Assembly: GCA_965218695.1 (NCBI GenBank)
Contig: OZ244651.1
Location: 608,001-672,000 of the forward strand
Source of the DNA: Nitrosopumilus sp.
Lineage (GTDB): Archaea; Thermoproteota; Nitrososphaeria; Nitrososphaerales; Nitrosopumilaceae
Direction: 5' to 3'
Length of the DNA: 64,000 bases
Each line of letters opens with the position of its first letter. Position 1 is the stretch's first letter. A model generated the notes under the pieces. It worked only from the letters and a program-made list of their open reading frames with translations. It was not told the DNA's origin and searched no databases. A program made the position numbers and the translations under genes. This document shows, piece by piece, positions 30,369 through 38,587 of this stretch.

Positions 30369-30695
30369 TTACCGGCCTAACTTCGCAAGTTCCCGGCCGC
30401 CCAGTATCCTGCACCTGATTCCGCAGTATTTCGCGCCGAACTTGCGGCCGACGATCTCGTCCCCGCACTGCGCACAACGCGTCGGCGCCTCCCCGTGCTT
30501 GTGTTTTCCGCCCTTGTGGCGTGCATAGCACACCGGACCGCAAAACCTGGCGTTGGTCCTCTTGCCATCCAACATGTTCCTGCAGTACTCGCACCTGGGC
30601 TTCAGGCCCTGGCGCAGATCCTCCAAGAATGCTTCGGCGTCGTCTGTGACCATGCCGTTCTTGGCAAACACCTGGCTCATGCAGGCACCTTCCAC
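30369..30695 (-). CDS. Protein with two treble-clef-type zinc fingers
   Basis: CEYC-x11-FCGPVC and CAQC-x11-YCGIRC. Confidence 0.75.
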   Translation of the reverse strand: MEGACMSQVFAKNGMVTDDAEAFLEDLRQGLKPRCEYCRNMLDGKRTNARFCGPVCYARHKGGKHKHGEAPTRCAQCGDEIVGRKFGAKYCGIRCRILGGRELAKLGR

Positions 30696-30884
30696 ACATA
30701 TCTTTTATGCATACTTATAATAAATATTTATAATATTTAAAGATATTGAATATCTGCGACATGAACAGCGGAATATTGCACTCGGAATGTCATCTATCCA
30801 CCAGCGTGGCCATGTCGGCCGACGTTTTCCTCCTGGCATGGCCGCCTAGTTCATGCCCTTATACGCTCCCGGGTTTTTCACTCC

Positions 30885-31040
30885 ATGTCCAAGTGTTATC
30901 TGTGCAGCAGGACCGATGCCAGCAAAAAATGTGACTCGTGTGGCGCAATCGCATGTCCAGACCATTCCAAAACATGCGGCGGCAAGCCTCGCTGCAGTCA
31001 CTGTATCACGATCCATGGCAGCGGCAAGCTGGCCGGCTAG
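30885..31040 (+). CDS. 51-aa zinc-finger micro-protein (family A)
   Basis: MSKCYLCSRTDASKKCDSCGAIACPDHSKTCGGKPRCSHCITIHGSGKLAG; CCC-TTATAC 26 nt upstream. Confidence 0.75.
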   Translation: MSKCYLCSRTDASKKCDSCGAIACPDHSKTCGGKPRCSHCITIHGSGKLAG

Positions 31041-31088
31041 TCCCACCAACCCTTTTTTCTCTTTTTATGCTGAGCGTTGTTTCGTCAC

Positions 31089-31277
31089 ATGGAAAAGTGC
31101 CACATATGCCAAAAAGACGCCGCAGACGACGTGGGATGCACCAAGTGCGGGAAATACACGTGCAGGCGCCACAGGGTAGGATGCGACTCGTGCTGGGACA
31201 TGTTCTGTACGAACCATGGCCGGAAATGCGGCGGTGCCTGGTACTGCACGTACCACGCAGACAAGCACGGCAAGTAG
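31089..31277 (+). CDS. 62-aa zinc-finger micro-protein (family A)
   Basis: Shares CDSC-x4-CxxH-x3-CGG-x3-CxxH with 30885; TC-TTTTTAT 27 nt upstream. Confidence 0.8.
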   Translation: MEKCHICQKDAADDVGCTKCGKYTCRRHRVGCDSCWDMFCTNHGRKCGGAWYCTYHADKHGK

Positions 31278-31344
31278 GATGCCGCCATATCCCATGCATT
31301 TTTTGACGCGCAATGCAGATAAGGTATCCAGACCAATACAACCC

Positions 31345-31488
31345 ATGGCAGAATGCGGACATTGTGGCAAAGAGGCTGCAACCGGACGCGCCTGCGATCA
31401 GTGTTTCCGGGACGGCTGGTACCACGGCTGCGGCAAGTCCAAGCGTGCTGCCGGCAAGATGTTCTGTGATCCATGTCTGGGAAAATAA
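31345..31488 (+). CDS. 47-aa GWC-family double zinc finger (GWY variant)
   Basis: MAECGHC-x9-CDQCFRDGWYHGCG-x10-CDPC. Confidence 0.7.
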   Translation: MAECGHCGKEAATGRACDQCFRDGWYHGCGKSKRAAGKMFCDPCLGK

Positions 31489-31519
31489 CCGCTTATATCA
31501 TATCCAAATCCAGACTCGC

Positions 31520-31666
31520 ATGGAGAAATGTGTCCGCTGCAAGAAAAAACGCCAGGGCGGCGTGCTGAAGGTATGTGATGGTTGCAGGGCCGCCGGATGG
31601 TGTGCTGACTGCGGGCAAACCAAGGCACCGAGCCAAGGCACGTTCTGCGACACATGTGCTCCATAG
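31520..31666 (+). CDS. 48-aa GWC-family double zinc finger
   Basis: MEKCVRC-x11-CDGCRAAGWCADCG-x10-CDTC; TTATAT 27 nt upstream. Confidence 0.8.
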   Translation: MEKCVRCKKKRQGGVLKVCDGCRAAGWCADCGQTKAPSQGTFCDTCAP

Positions 31667-31723
31667 GCTATTCGTAGGCTATTTGTAGATCTGGTGTTTT
31701 TACGATTTTTGAGTTTTGGGTGC

Positions 31724-31864
31724 ATGAGTTTATGTTGGCACTGCCACAAATACCAATACAGCGGCAACAAGCTCTGCAGGAACTGCCGCAAAGAGGGCTG
31801 GTGTGAGTGCTGCGGGCACGAACGCGCCATACGCGGCACGAAGTGGTGCGTAAAGTGCGCGTGA
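31724..31864 (+). CDS. 46-aa GWC-family double zinc finger
   Basis: MSLCWHC-x10-CRNCRKEGWCECCG-x10-CVKC; TTTTTA 27 nt upstream; not in the ORF track. Confidence 0.8.
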   Translation: MSLCWHCHKYQYSGNKLCRNCRKEGWCECCGHERAIRGTKWCVKCA

Positions 31865-31956
31865 ACCAACTTTCCTCCAAAGATCAGGATTTCAAGCCGT
31901 GAAGCAAGTCTGGATGGACGGATTTGCCTTATACGGTTAGCGTACAATGCCATGTG

Positions 31957-32133
31957 ATGGGGGAAATCGGATGTGTTAGATGCGGCGGGCCAATCGGCAC
32001 CAATACCGGCGTCTGGCACGTCTGCAAGGAGTGCTATACGGCCGGATGGTGCTATCGTTGTGGACGGCACAAGATGACTTTGAAGGGTGAATGGTGCAAG
32101 AACTGCAAGAAGCAGGTTTACGGCCGGGTCTAA
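31957..32133 (+). CDS. 58-aa GWC-family double zinc finger
   Basis: CVRC-x13-CKECYTAGWCYRCG-x10-CKNC; CC-TTATAC upstream. Confidence 0.8.
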   Translation: MGEIGCVRCGGPIGTNTGVWHVCKECYTAGWCYRCGRHKMTLKGEWCKNCKKQVYGRV

Positions 32134-32164
32134 AGTCCTTTTATCATTATCATGTCATTTGGAC

Positions 32165-32332
32165 ATGGCCAAGTGCATAAGGTGCAGCAATACTATCACG
32201 AACGGCGGCATGTGGCATATCTGCCACGAATGCTATGCGGCCGGATGGTGCTATGACTGCGGGAAAAACCAGCGGTCCGGCGGCAACGCCTACTGTGCCA
32301 AATGCGGCAAGAGGTATTCGGGCCAAGACTGA
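32165..32332 (+). CDS. 55-aa GWC-family double zinc finger
   Basis: MAKCIRC-x12-CHECYAAGWCYDCG-x10-CAKC; CC-TTTTAT 26 nt upstream. Confidence 0.8.
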   Translation: MAKCIRCSNTITNGGMWHICHECYAAGWCYDCGKNQRSGGNAYCAKCGKRYSGQD

Positions 32333-32407
32333 CCTAATCAAGCCGGCGGTTTTTATCATTTCCATGACTGCCAGACATGGGCATCAGGCGGGTTCCACGA
32401 CAACGAC

Positions 32408-32575
32408 ATGGAAGCCGGGATCATCGAGGACAGGTGTCCCGCATGCGGCGCGTCCATGAAGAGGGTGCGGTGCAACGGGTGCGACGGCGCGGCGATTTGT
32501 TGCCAGAAATGCGGCTACGTCGACAAGTCACACGTCGCGAACAGGCCGGATGCGTTGTACCGTTTTCAGGCATGA
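32408..32575 (+). CDS. 55-aa zinc-ribbon micro-protein, possibly frameshifted from ATG 32377
   Basis: RCPACG...RCNGC...CCQKCGY; the promoter spacing points to ATG 32377, which is one base out of frame. Confidence 0.6.
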   Translation: MEAGIIEDRCPACGASMKRVRCNGCDGAAICCQKCGYVDKSHVANRPDALYRFQA

Positions 32576-32747
32576 ATGCAACCGGGTGCGCCTGAGTACT
32601 GGCTCGTGTACAGTCAGCCCAGTTGCTGGCAGACATGGCAATTACCACTGAATGTGATGAATTTGTCACATTCAGCGGCAATCAGGCAGCCATATCGGAT
32701 TCGGTCCGGATGCGTTGTCAACTGGCACGACTGTCCAAACACCGACC

Positions 32748-33068
32748 TCACGCGGCCGCTTTTTTGACGACGAACTCAAAATATCCCTCGCGGCAATAAT
32801 ACCCGGCACAGCACGTCTCCTCTGGGCAGTTTATGATGCCTATGATCCATATCGGCTTGCCGGCCACGTTAACCACCGTGTGCTTGTCGTTTAGCTCCAC
32901 AGGCGGGCCGCACCTCGGGCACGCCAGCACGAACGTGGCGTAATCCATTTTTCCTTCAGGACCGATCCAGGGCGCGTGCTTCTGTCGCTGCCAGAACGTG
33001 CATTCGCCTGGCTTCGGTTTGGACCATTTTTTGTCGACCAACACAAGGCCCGGTTTCTGTTTTCTCAT
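32748..33068 (-). CDS. Hypothetical Cys-containing protein
   Basis: CPRCG...CPEETCC; CCC-TTTTTAT 27 nt upstream on the minus strand. Confidence 0.65.
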   Translation of the reverse strand: MRKQKPGLVLVDKKWSKPKPGECTFWQRQKHAPWIGPEGKMDYATFVLACPRCGPPVELNDKHTVVNVAGKPIWIIGIINCPEETCCAGYYCREGYFEFVVKKAAA

Positions 33069-33149
33069 GGAACAACGGGCTGAATTCTATAAAAAGGGAG
33101 TTATAGCGTGCCCGCTATACTGCTTTTATGCTGAACGGTTCTTGGCAGC

Positions 33150-33371
33150 GTGGGGATGCACGTCAAGAAGATAAAGAAGAAACAGTACCTGTATTTCACT
33201 GAGATGCAGAACGGCAAAAAAGTGGAGACGTACTGCGGCTCGGTCGAGAATCCGGCCTCCAGGCTTAAGGCGCTGTCGCTGGAAAAGAAGAGACTGGAAA
33301 GGAAACAACAGGAGGATCTGGCCAACCTGGAGGCCATCCAACTGCAGTTGGGGCCGATGACCGTTTCCTAG
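33150..33371 (+). CDS. Small DNA-binding protein resembling the SSV1-type integrase N-terminal beta domain, plus coiled coil
   Basis: KKIKKKQYLYF..MQNGKKVETYCG pattern followed by a heptad-rich helix. Confidence 0.6.
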   Translation: MGMHVKKIKKKQYLYFTEMQNGKKVETYCGSVENPASRLKALSLEKKRLERKQQEDLANLEAIQLQLGPMTVS

Positions 33372-33392
33372 CCTCTTTTAAGTAGGGCTGCC

Positions 33393-34199
33393 ATGGAATG
33401 CGTGTCCGAGTATTACACGGAGGGCGAAGAGTCCGGCGGCAAAAAAAAGTACGTCATATTGGGCGCGGTTGGAGCTGCAGGCGTGGTTGCGGCATTGCTG
33501 GTGTTTTCCGGAATTTTGGATATCATGGTGAATGATGAGCCAGTCGGGGTGCCGGAGATTGACGAAGACAGGCTGTCCGTGTTTACCGACCTACCTGAGA
33601 TAATGGACGGGTTGGAGGTGCCGGAGATTGAGGTTGTCCCAGTACAGGAGGAGGAAGAGGGTGACGGCGACACCGGACTGGTTCCTGCAGAAACAGAGGT
33701 GATTGAGGACGCGCAGGAAGGCGACGTCCAAAGCCTTGCGGAACTGGCGATGGACCTGCTTGTTGACACGCAGGAGGAATACGGATTTGTCAACGAGCCT
33801 GCCGACGACAGCGGCCTGACCATGGAGGACATACTGGGCGCGGATCCGCCGGACCCGGAGGACGTGGCAGAACCCGGCGCCGACATACTTGAAAAGGTCG
33901 AGGAGTTCAAGAAGATACACGCAGAGCCGGTCCCTGATGGCGCGACGTCAGGCACCGTGACGTGGGTGCTTACAGGAAACACCATCAACATAAACGAAGT
34001 AATTATACACCTGGCCGGGGTGCGCGCAGGCGGTGTGGGCGACAGGGACGATCTGATGCGGGAATGCCCGCGCGACACGCTGGTGCTGTACACGCTTGAC
34101 GGGAGGACGGATTCAGACGGCAATCTGTATGGAAAGGCCTGGTGCTACGGGTATACCCCGACCCAACCAGAGACCAGCGTAAATAATATCCTCAAATGA
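33393..34199 (+). CDS. Membrane-anchored acidic protein with a degenerate thermonuclease (SNase)-like domain
   Basis: TM helix, long acidic linker, GTVTWVLTGNTI..IHLAGV..CP..DSDGNLYG..WC..SVN; GTG 33402 is a likely alternative start. Confidence 0.7.
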   Translation: MECVSEYYTEGEESGGKKKYVILGAVGAAGVVAALLVFSGILDIMVNDEPVGVPEIDEDRLSVFTDLPEIMDGLEVPEIEVVPVQEEEEGDGDTGLVPAETEVIEDAQEGDVQSLAELAMDLLVDTQEEYGFVNEPADDSGLTMEDILGADPPDPEDVAEPGADILEKVEEFKKIHAEPVPDGATSGTVTWVLTGNTININEVIIHLAGVRAGGVGDRDDLMRECPRDTLVLYTLDGRTDSDGNLYGKAWCYGYTPTQPETSVNNILK

Positions 34200-34292
34200 T
34201 TGCCCGCGCGACACGCCGCGCGCACAGTCTTGGCATGTTTGGACTTGCGGCCAAGACTTTGCTCCTTTTACGTGCCACAAGGTAGCAGTACG

Positions 34293-34472
34293 ATGTCAAA
34301 AGACGACAGGGAGAGGCTGGTCGAACTGCAAAACTTCCTAGCCGGCCTTCAAGAAAAGATTAACAAGTACAGCGGGGACCCGACGAAAAAGAAGGACCTT
34401 TACCTTGCCAAGAGTATGGCGCGAAAATGCAGAAACGAGATCAACGAATTGCACAAAAAACTTGGATACTAA
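34293..34472 (+). CDS. Small coiled-coil protein
   Basis: 59 aa; CC-TTTTAC 27 nt upstream. Confidence 0.65.
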   Translation: MSKDDRERLVELQNFLAGLQEKINKYSGDPTKKKDLYLAKSMARKCRNEINELHKKLGY

Positions 34473-34645
34473 TCTTCACACACATTGATCCCGTGCTCGT
34501 ACTCGATGGCGTACAAGCCGTATGACAGGCAGTCCAGCATGACGGCTATCCTTTTCCTGTGTTCGGCAGTGTCCGGATCTGGATCCTTTTCCCCGGACTG
34601 CCGCATGTATTCGGCGCCGCGCAGCAGCTCTTTACAGTAATTCAT
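34469..34645 (-). CDS. Small hypothetical protein
   Basis: MNYCKELLRGAEY... downstream of tmk on the same strand. Confidence 0.45.
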   Translation of the reverse strand: MNYCKELLRGAEYMRQSGEKDPDPDTAEHRKRIAVMLDCLSYGLYAIEYEHGINVCED

Positions 34646-34686
34646 GACATGGTAATGGCAAAGTGGGATAAATGGATTCTGCGTGA

Positions 34687-35244
34687 TCAACCCAGAATGT
34701 TCATTATTCTGGCATGGACGTCTTCTGTCGTGCCCGTCGCGTCCACGACGCGCCATCTTCTCTTTTCTGCCATGGAACGGTACACCTCACTTACCCTGCT
34801 GAGGAAGGCAAGATCGGACTCAAACACGTCGCGGTCCTTTTTTCTCCGCCTGAACGACTCTTCTGGCGGGATGTCCAGCAGTATGACGATATCGGCCTTG
34901 GGCATGCCGTCGTCCAGGTTTTCCAGCCACGCCTTGGGCATGCCGTTTACCATACCGTACACGAGGTTGGACTGGACGTAACGGTTCATTACGAGCACAT
35001 CGTGTTTTGCATGCCTGATGCCGTGCACGGCCTCCCAGTGGTTCGCGGTCATCAGGCAGTGCAGTACCTGCGGCGCAACGTAGCCGCCTGCCAGGATTTC
35101 ACCGATGACGCCACCGATCCGCGTAGTATAATCTGGAAAGTCAAACCGCCTGACTGTCTTCCCCGCGTCTTTCAGGGCGCGCTCCAGCATGATCGACTGC
35201 GTCTTCTTGCCTGCCTGGTCCACTCCCTCGATTACGATGATCAA
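34687..35244 (-). CDS. tmk: Thymidylate (dTMP) kinase
   Basis: IVIEGVDQAGKKTQ P-loop, FPDYTT, MNRYVQSNLVYG, PKADIVILLD, FESD; TTG start inferred from CC-TTTTA 28 nt upstream. Confidence 0.92.
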   Translation of the reverse strand: MIIVIEGVDQAGKKTQSIMLERALKDAGKTVRRFDFPDYTTRIGGVIGEILAGGYVAPQVLHCLMTANHWEAVHGIRHAKHDVLVMNRYVQSNLVYGMVNGMPKAWLENLDDGMPKADIVILLDIPPEESFRRRKKDRDVFESDLAFLSRVSEVYRSMAEKRRWRVVDATGTTEDVHARIMNILG

Positions 35245-35304
35245 CGGGATTGATGGAATGGTTGGCATAAAAGGAAACCCAACTCCTTGTACCAAAATGC
35301 CGCT

Positions 35305-35553
35305 ATGAAAAACAAATGCAACTGCAGGCCGTGCTCTGACACGTCTGGCAAAAACAAAACGCGCGCGTGCGGCATGTGCGGCGGGACGATGAAGAACGTC
35401 CAGGTCGTGTGTTACAACGAAAACTCCAACGTCATAGGGCAGCAATGGGTTACCAAGAGAGGCGATCCACGGACGTCGAACCACGGTTGGTCACAAATGC
35501 GGCGGCGAATGCATGGTCTAGCATGCAAGAATTCTCCCTTTTTACGTGGATGA
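35305..35553 (+). CDS. Small Cys-rich hypothetical protein
   Basis: KCNCRPC...ACGMCG. Confidence 0.5.
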   Translation: MKNKCNCRPCSDTSGKNKTRACGMCGGTMKNVQVVCYNENSNVIGQQWVTKRGDPRTSNHGWSQMRRRMHGLACKNSPFLRG

Positions 35554-35565
35554 TCCCTCGGCATC

Positions 35566-35760
35566 ATGCCAAAATACAACGTGACTGTCCAACTGTCAGG
35601 CATAAACGGCAACGCCATCGCAACGCTCAACGCCGTCAGTCGGGGGCTGAAAAGGGCAGGCGTGCAGCAGTCAGAGATAGACAAGTTTCAGAGTGAAGCC
35701 ACGTCCGGCGACTATGACCGCGTGATCCAGACGGCCATGAAATGGGTCAACGTGGCATAG
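35566..35760 (+). CDS. 64-aa phage-type conserved small protein
   Basis: LSGINGNA...LKRAG...EATSGDYDRVIQTAMKWV fits a GxDGNAF...SGDYxxL pattern I recall from phage proteins; CCC-TTTTTA 27 nt upstream. Confidence 0.75.
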   Translation: MPKYNVTVQLSGINGNAIATLNAVSRGLKRAGVQQSEIDKFQSEATSGDYDRVIQTAMKWVNVA

Positions 35761-35817
35761 CCACTTTTTTACGGAAGGAACCGACAAAGCCATATGTGGA
35801 TTTTCCACAAACCATCC

Positions 35818-36042
35818 ATGGCCATAAAGGCAGACGTATTGGAGGACAAAATTGAGAACGAGGAACCTGAAACCACCACCGATGTCGAGCACCTGGTGTG
35901 GAAATTCCTGACGCGCACCCCCGAAAATGAAAGGGAGGTACGGTTGCTGGTAGAGCGTATCAAGGCCAAGCTGCTGCTGGAGAACAAAATCGTCGAGTCC
36001 AAATACACGATGTTTGAGCTGTGGCAGCAGTCGAGACGATGA
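35818..36042 (+). CDS. Hypothetical protein
   Basis: 74-aa helical ORF. Confidence 0.6.
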   Translation: MAIKADVLEDKIENEEPETTTDVEHLVWKFLTRTPENEREVRLLVERIKAKLLLENKIVESKYTMFELWQQSRR

Positions 36043-36074
36043 GGCCGTTTTAAGCAAAAAACATCCCATAGTCC

Positions 36075-38052
36075 ATGAGTGAATGCGCCTGCCACACCCC
36101 GACGCCGGTGTTGGACGAGGTAGCAGGAGAAACCGTCTGTTCCAAATGCGCGCGCGTGCTGGATGATTCAATGGAACAACCATGCAAGAACCAGGGCCAG
36201 AACCACATGGTGCTTGGAAACCGCGTGTCATCCACGAAAATACAGGGAAACGCCAAGATGCGGCGCGCCAGCAGATGTCCAACAGGGTCGACCAAAAAGG
36301 AATGGACACGAGACATAATCCGTAATTAGAAATTGTACATATTTTCCTATACTGTGTAGGTTTTTTGACTCCTATCAGGTTGCTTCCCGGACTAGGAGAA
36401 CCCTGAGGTTGGCAAATCCGCAGACGATGTCATTGACGGTGTCGTATTTTTTCAGGCGGTTTCGGTAGACACCGCTCATTATGCGAAACCGTTTGACCCT
36501 GCGGATGGCGTGCTCCACATACACCCGTGCCTTTGAGTGCTTTTTGTTGAATTCCTTCTGCTCGGGGGACAATTCTGCGCCTTTTTGCTTCTTGTACGGC
36601 ACTACTGCATCCCGGTCAGGAAATTCTTTGTTGATCCCCTGGTATCCGTTGTCCAGGATCTCTCTGACTTTGATCCTTTCCTTGTCCTTGCTCCCGTCCT
36701 TGCGTGGAAGGTTGTCAGGGAATGTCGGGTGTTTCTTTTTGAATACTGCAAAGTCGTGGATCCTGCCCGGGGAATGCCGGGTCTTGTGAATGATGAGGCC
36801 ATCTGTGGCCGACGTGTACTGGATCTTGGACGTGTGCCTGTGTGCCTTGCCCGAGTAGTGGGACCGTTCCATGTCCTTGCGTCCGGGACGTTGTATCTGC
36901 TGCTCTGAGGCATCAATCAGGGCAGTCAGGCCCGGAATGATCTCCTCAAGATCGTCAAGCGTCTTGGTGGCCTTGATGTTGGCGTAGATCTTTGACGGAA
37001 GCGGAACGCACTGCCGGATCGACGGCTCCAGTGCCCCCATGCTGCGGGACACGCTAGCCTGGCCCATCTGAAACACCATGGCAAGAAGATCCTGCGTAGC
37101 GTATGTCCTGTAATAAAACAGGACCAGAAGAAACCTGTTTTTCAGATCCAGTTTCCACCTGCGTCCGGCACCAATGCCGCGCACCCTGCTTCTTTTGGCG
37201 AGTCGCTTTTGCTCTGCCTTGGGGTATTTTTTTGCCAGCCGCCCTGCCACCAAATTAAATTCGGAGACTGTCAGTCCAGTGCACCGGATGAACAGTTTGG
37301 GCTTTTTTGCTAATTTGTCGTATAATGACATGCTTTGACATTGGCAATCAGAATAAAACACGGCTGACGTATAGTTTTGATCATCGGGCAAGTTCGAATT
37401 GACATGCAATTCCATGCAGTCAGCCAGATTTGTCCTGCAATGCGTCCAATCTCGTGATTATGCCCAATTACGGATGATGTCTCCGGACTACATGATAAAA
37501 TCATGCTGCAACAAACTCTGGATTCCACAGACGGTAGCGGACCGCGCCATGATCATATTTGACAAGTTCAGGAAGAGTCTTGGCGGCGGAAACCCGGCCA
37601 ACCATACAGCGGCTGTCGTATACATGGCGTGTAGGGAGCGCGGCGTGGCGCGCAGCATGAAGGAGATATTTTCGGCACTTGACGCAGATTCCAAGAAGGC
37701 CCGCCGCGCGTATTACAAGCTGCACAAATCAATGGATGCTGTCTTGCCGGTCCCAGATGCGGCCGGTTTTGCCACGCGTTTGGCATCAGACCTCAACTTA
37801 CCAGAAAAGACGGCGCGCAGGGCGTTAAAGATACTGGAACGGTTGAACGATGCGGGCTTGACGACCGGACACGGTCCAACCATACTGGCCGCGTACGCCA
37901 CGTATGCCGCATTGAACCGGACAGAGGGCGTCACGCAAGGAATGATAGTCAAGGCGGCCGGGATATCCGAAGCTGTGCTGCGTGAGCTGGGCGTGGCAGT
38001 CAGGGCCGATGAGTTTGCAGTCAGGATGAACGCGACAGGTTCAGTCAGGTGA
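36075..38052 (+). pseudogene. tfb: Divergent transcription initiation factor TFB (TFIIB), interrupted by an IS5-family element
   Basis: Zinc ribbon CAC...GETVCSKCARVL; cyclin repeats AAVVYMACR..GVARSMKEI and TQGMIVKAAGISEAVLR; removing 36310-37483 restores a 267-aa frame. Confidence 0.88.
36310..37483 (-). mobile_element. IS5-family (DDE_Tnp_4, ISL2-like) insertion sequence
   Basis: TIRs GAGACAT(A/C)ATCCGTAATT; transposase with IDASEQ.I.RP, YSGK..H, DNGYQG, RVYVEHAIRRVK. Confidence 0.92.
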
Positions 38053-38248
38053 AATTTGTCTGAAATGTCGGAAAGAAAAAGAAGGATTTGCCCTTTATAC
38101 CGTTTTCATTTCTTATGCGTACAATGAATGACGTCTGCGTGCCTGCAAACCCACTATGCACATCTTTGGATCCTGTGCGCATGACCAAAAAGATCCCCCC
38201 ACCCGGGGCGGGAATAATCAACGCTGAACGGCCGGAGGCCGCGCCGCG

Positions 38249-38587
38249 ATGTTAGTGTCCGGCATAGTCATAATCGTCCTGGTCGTGGCAGGCGCGGCAG
38301 TGATGTTCTTCTTGACAGAATCAAACAACCAGACCATAGCAGCGGGTACCATAATCGCCATACATGACAACGAGCGCGTCAAGGAAGACGTGGACATCGT
38401 GTGGGGCGGCCAGGACTTGAAGATGCACAACGCCGGGCCTGAGACGGAGATACTTGAATACCGCGTGCTTGATGATGACGGCACCCTACTTCGCGTCTGT
38501 ACGGTCGAACATGAGGTGGGAGCGTCCGTGAAAGAGACGGTCAATACGGCGGCATTCGACGAATGCTGGCAGGAGTTTTTGACATGA
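38249..38587 (+). CDS. Secreted/membrane protein with N-terminal hydrophobic helix (pilin-associated-like)
   Basis: MLVSGIVIIVLVVAGAAVMFF followed by ERVKED..HNAG..EYRVLDDDG. Confidence 0.65.
   Translation: MLVSGIVIIVLVVAGAAVMFFLTESNNQTIAAGTIIAIHDNERVKEDVDIVWGGQDLKMHNAGPETEILEYRVLDDDGTLLRVCTVEHEVGASVKETVNTAAFDECWQEFLT

Noticed and set aside
30885-32575. Integron or DGR as the source of micro-gene diversity
   Set aside because: No shared attC-like repeat between the ORFs, no template/variable repeat pair, and no reverse transcriptase or integron integrase seen
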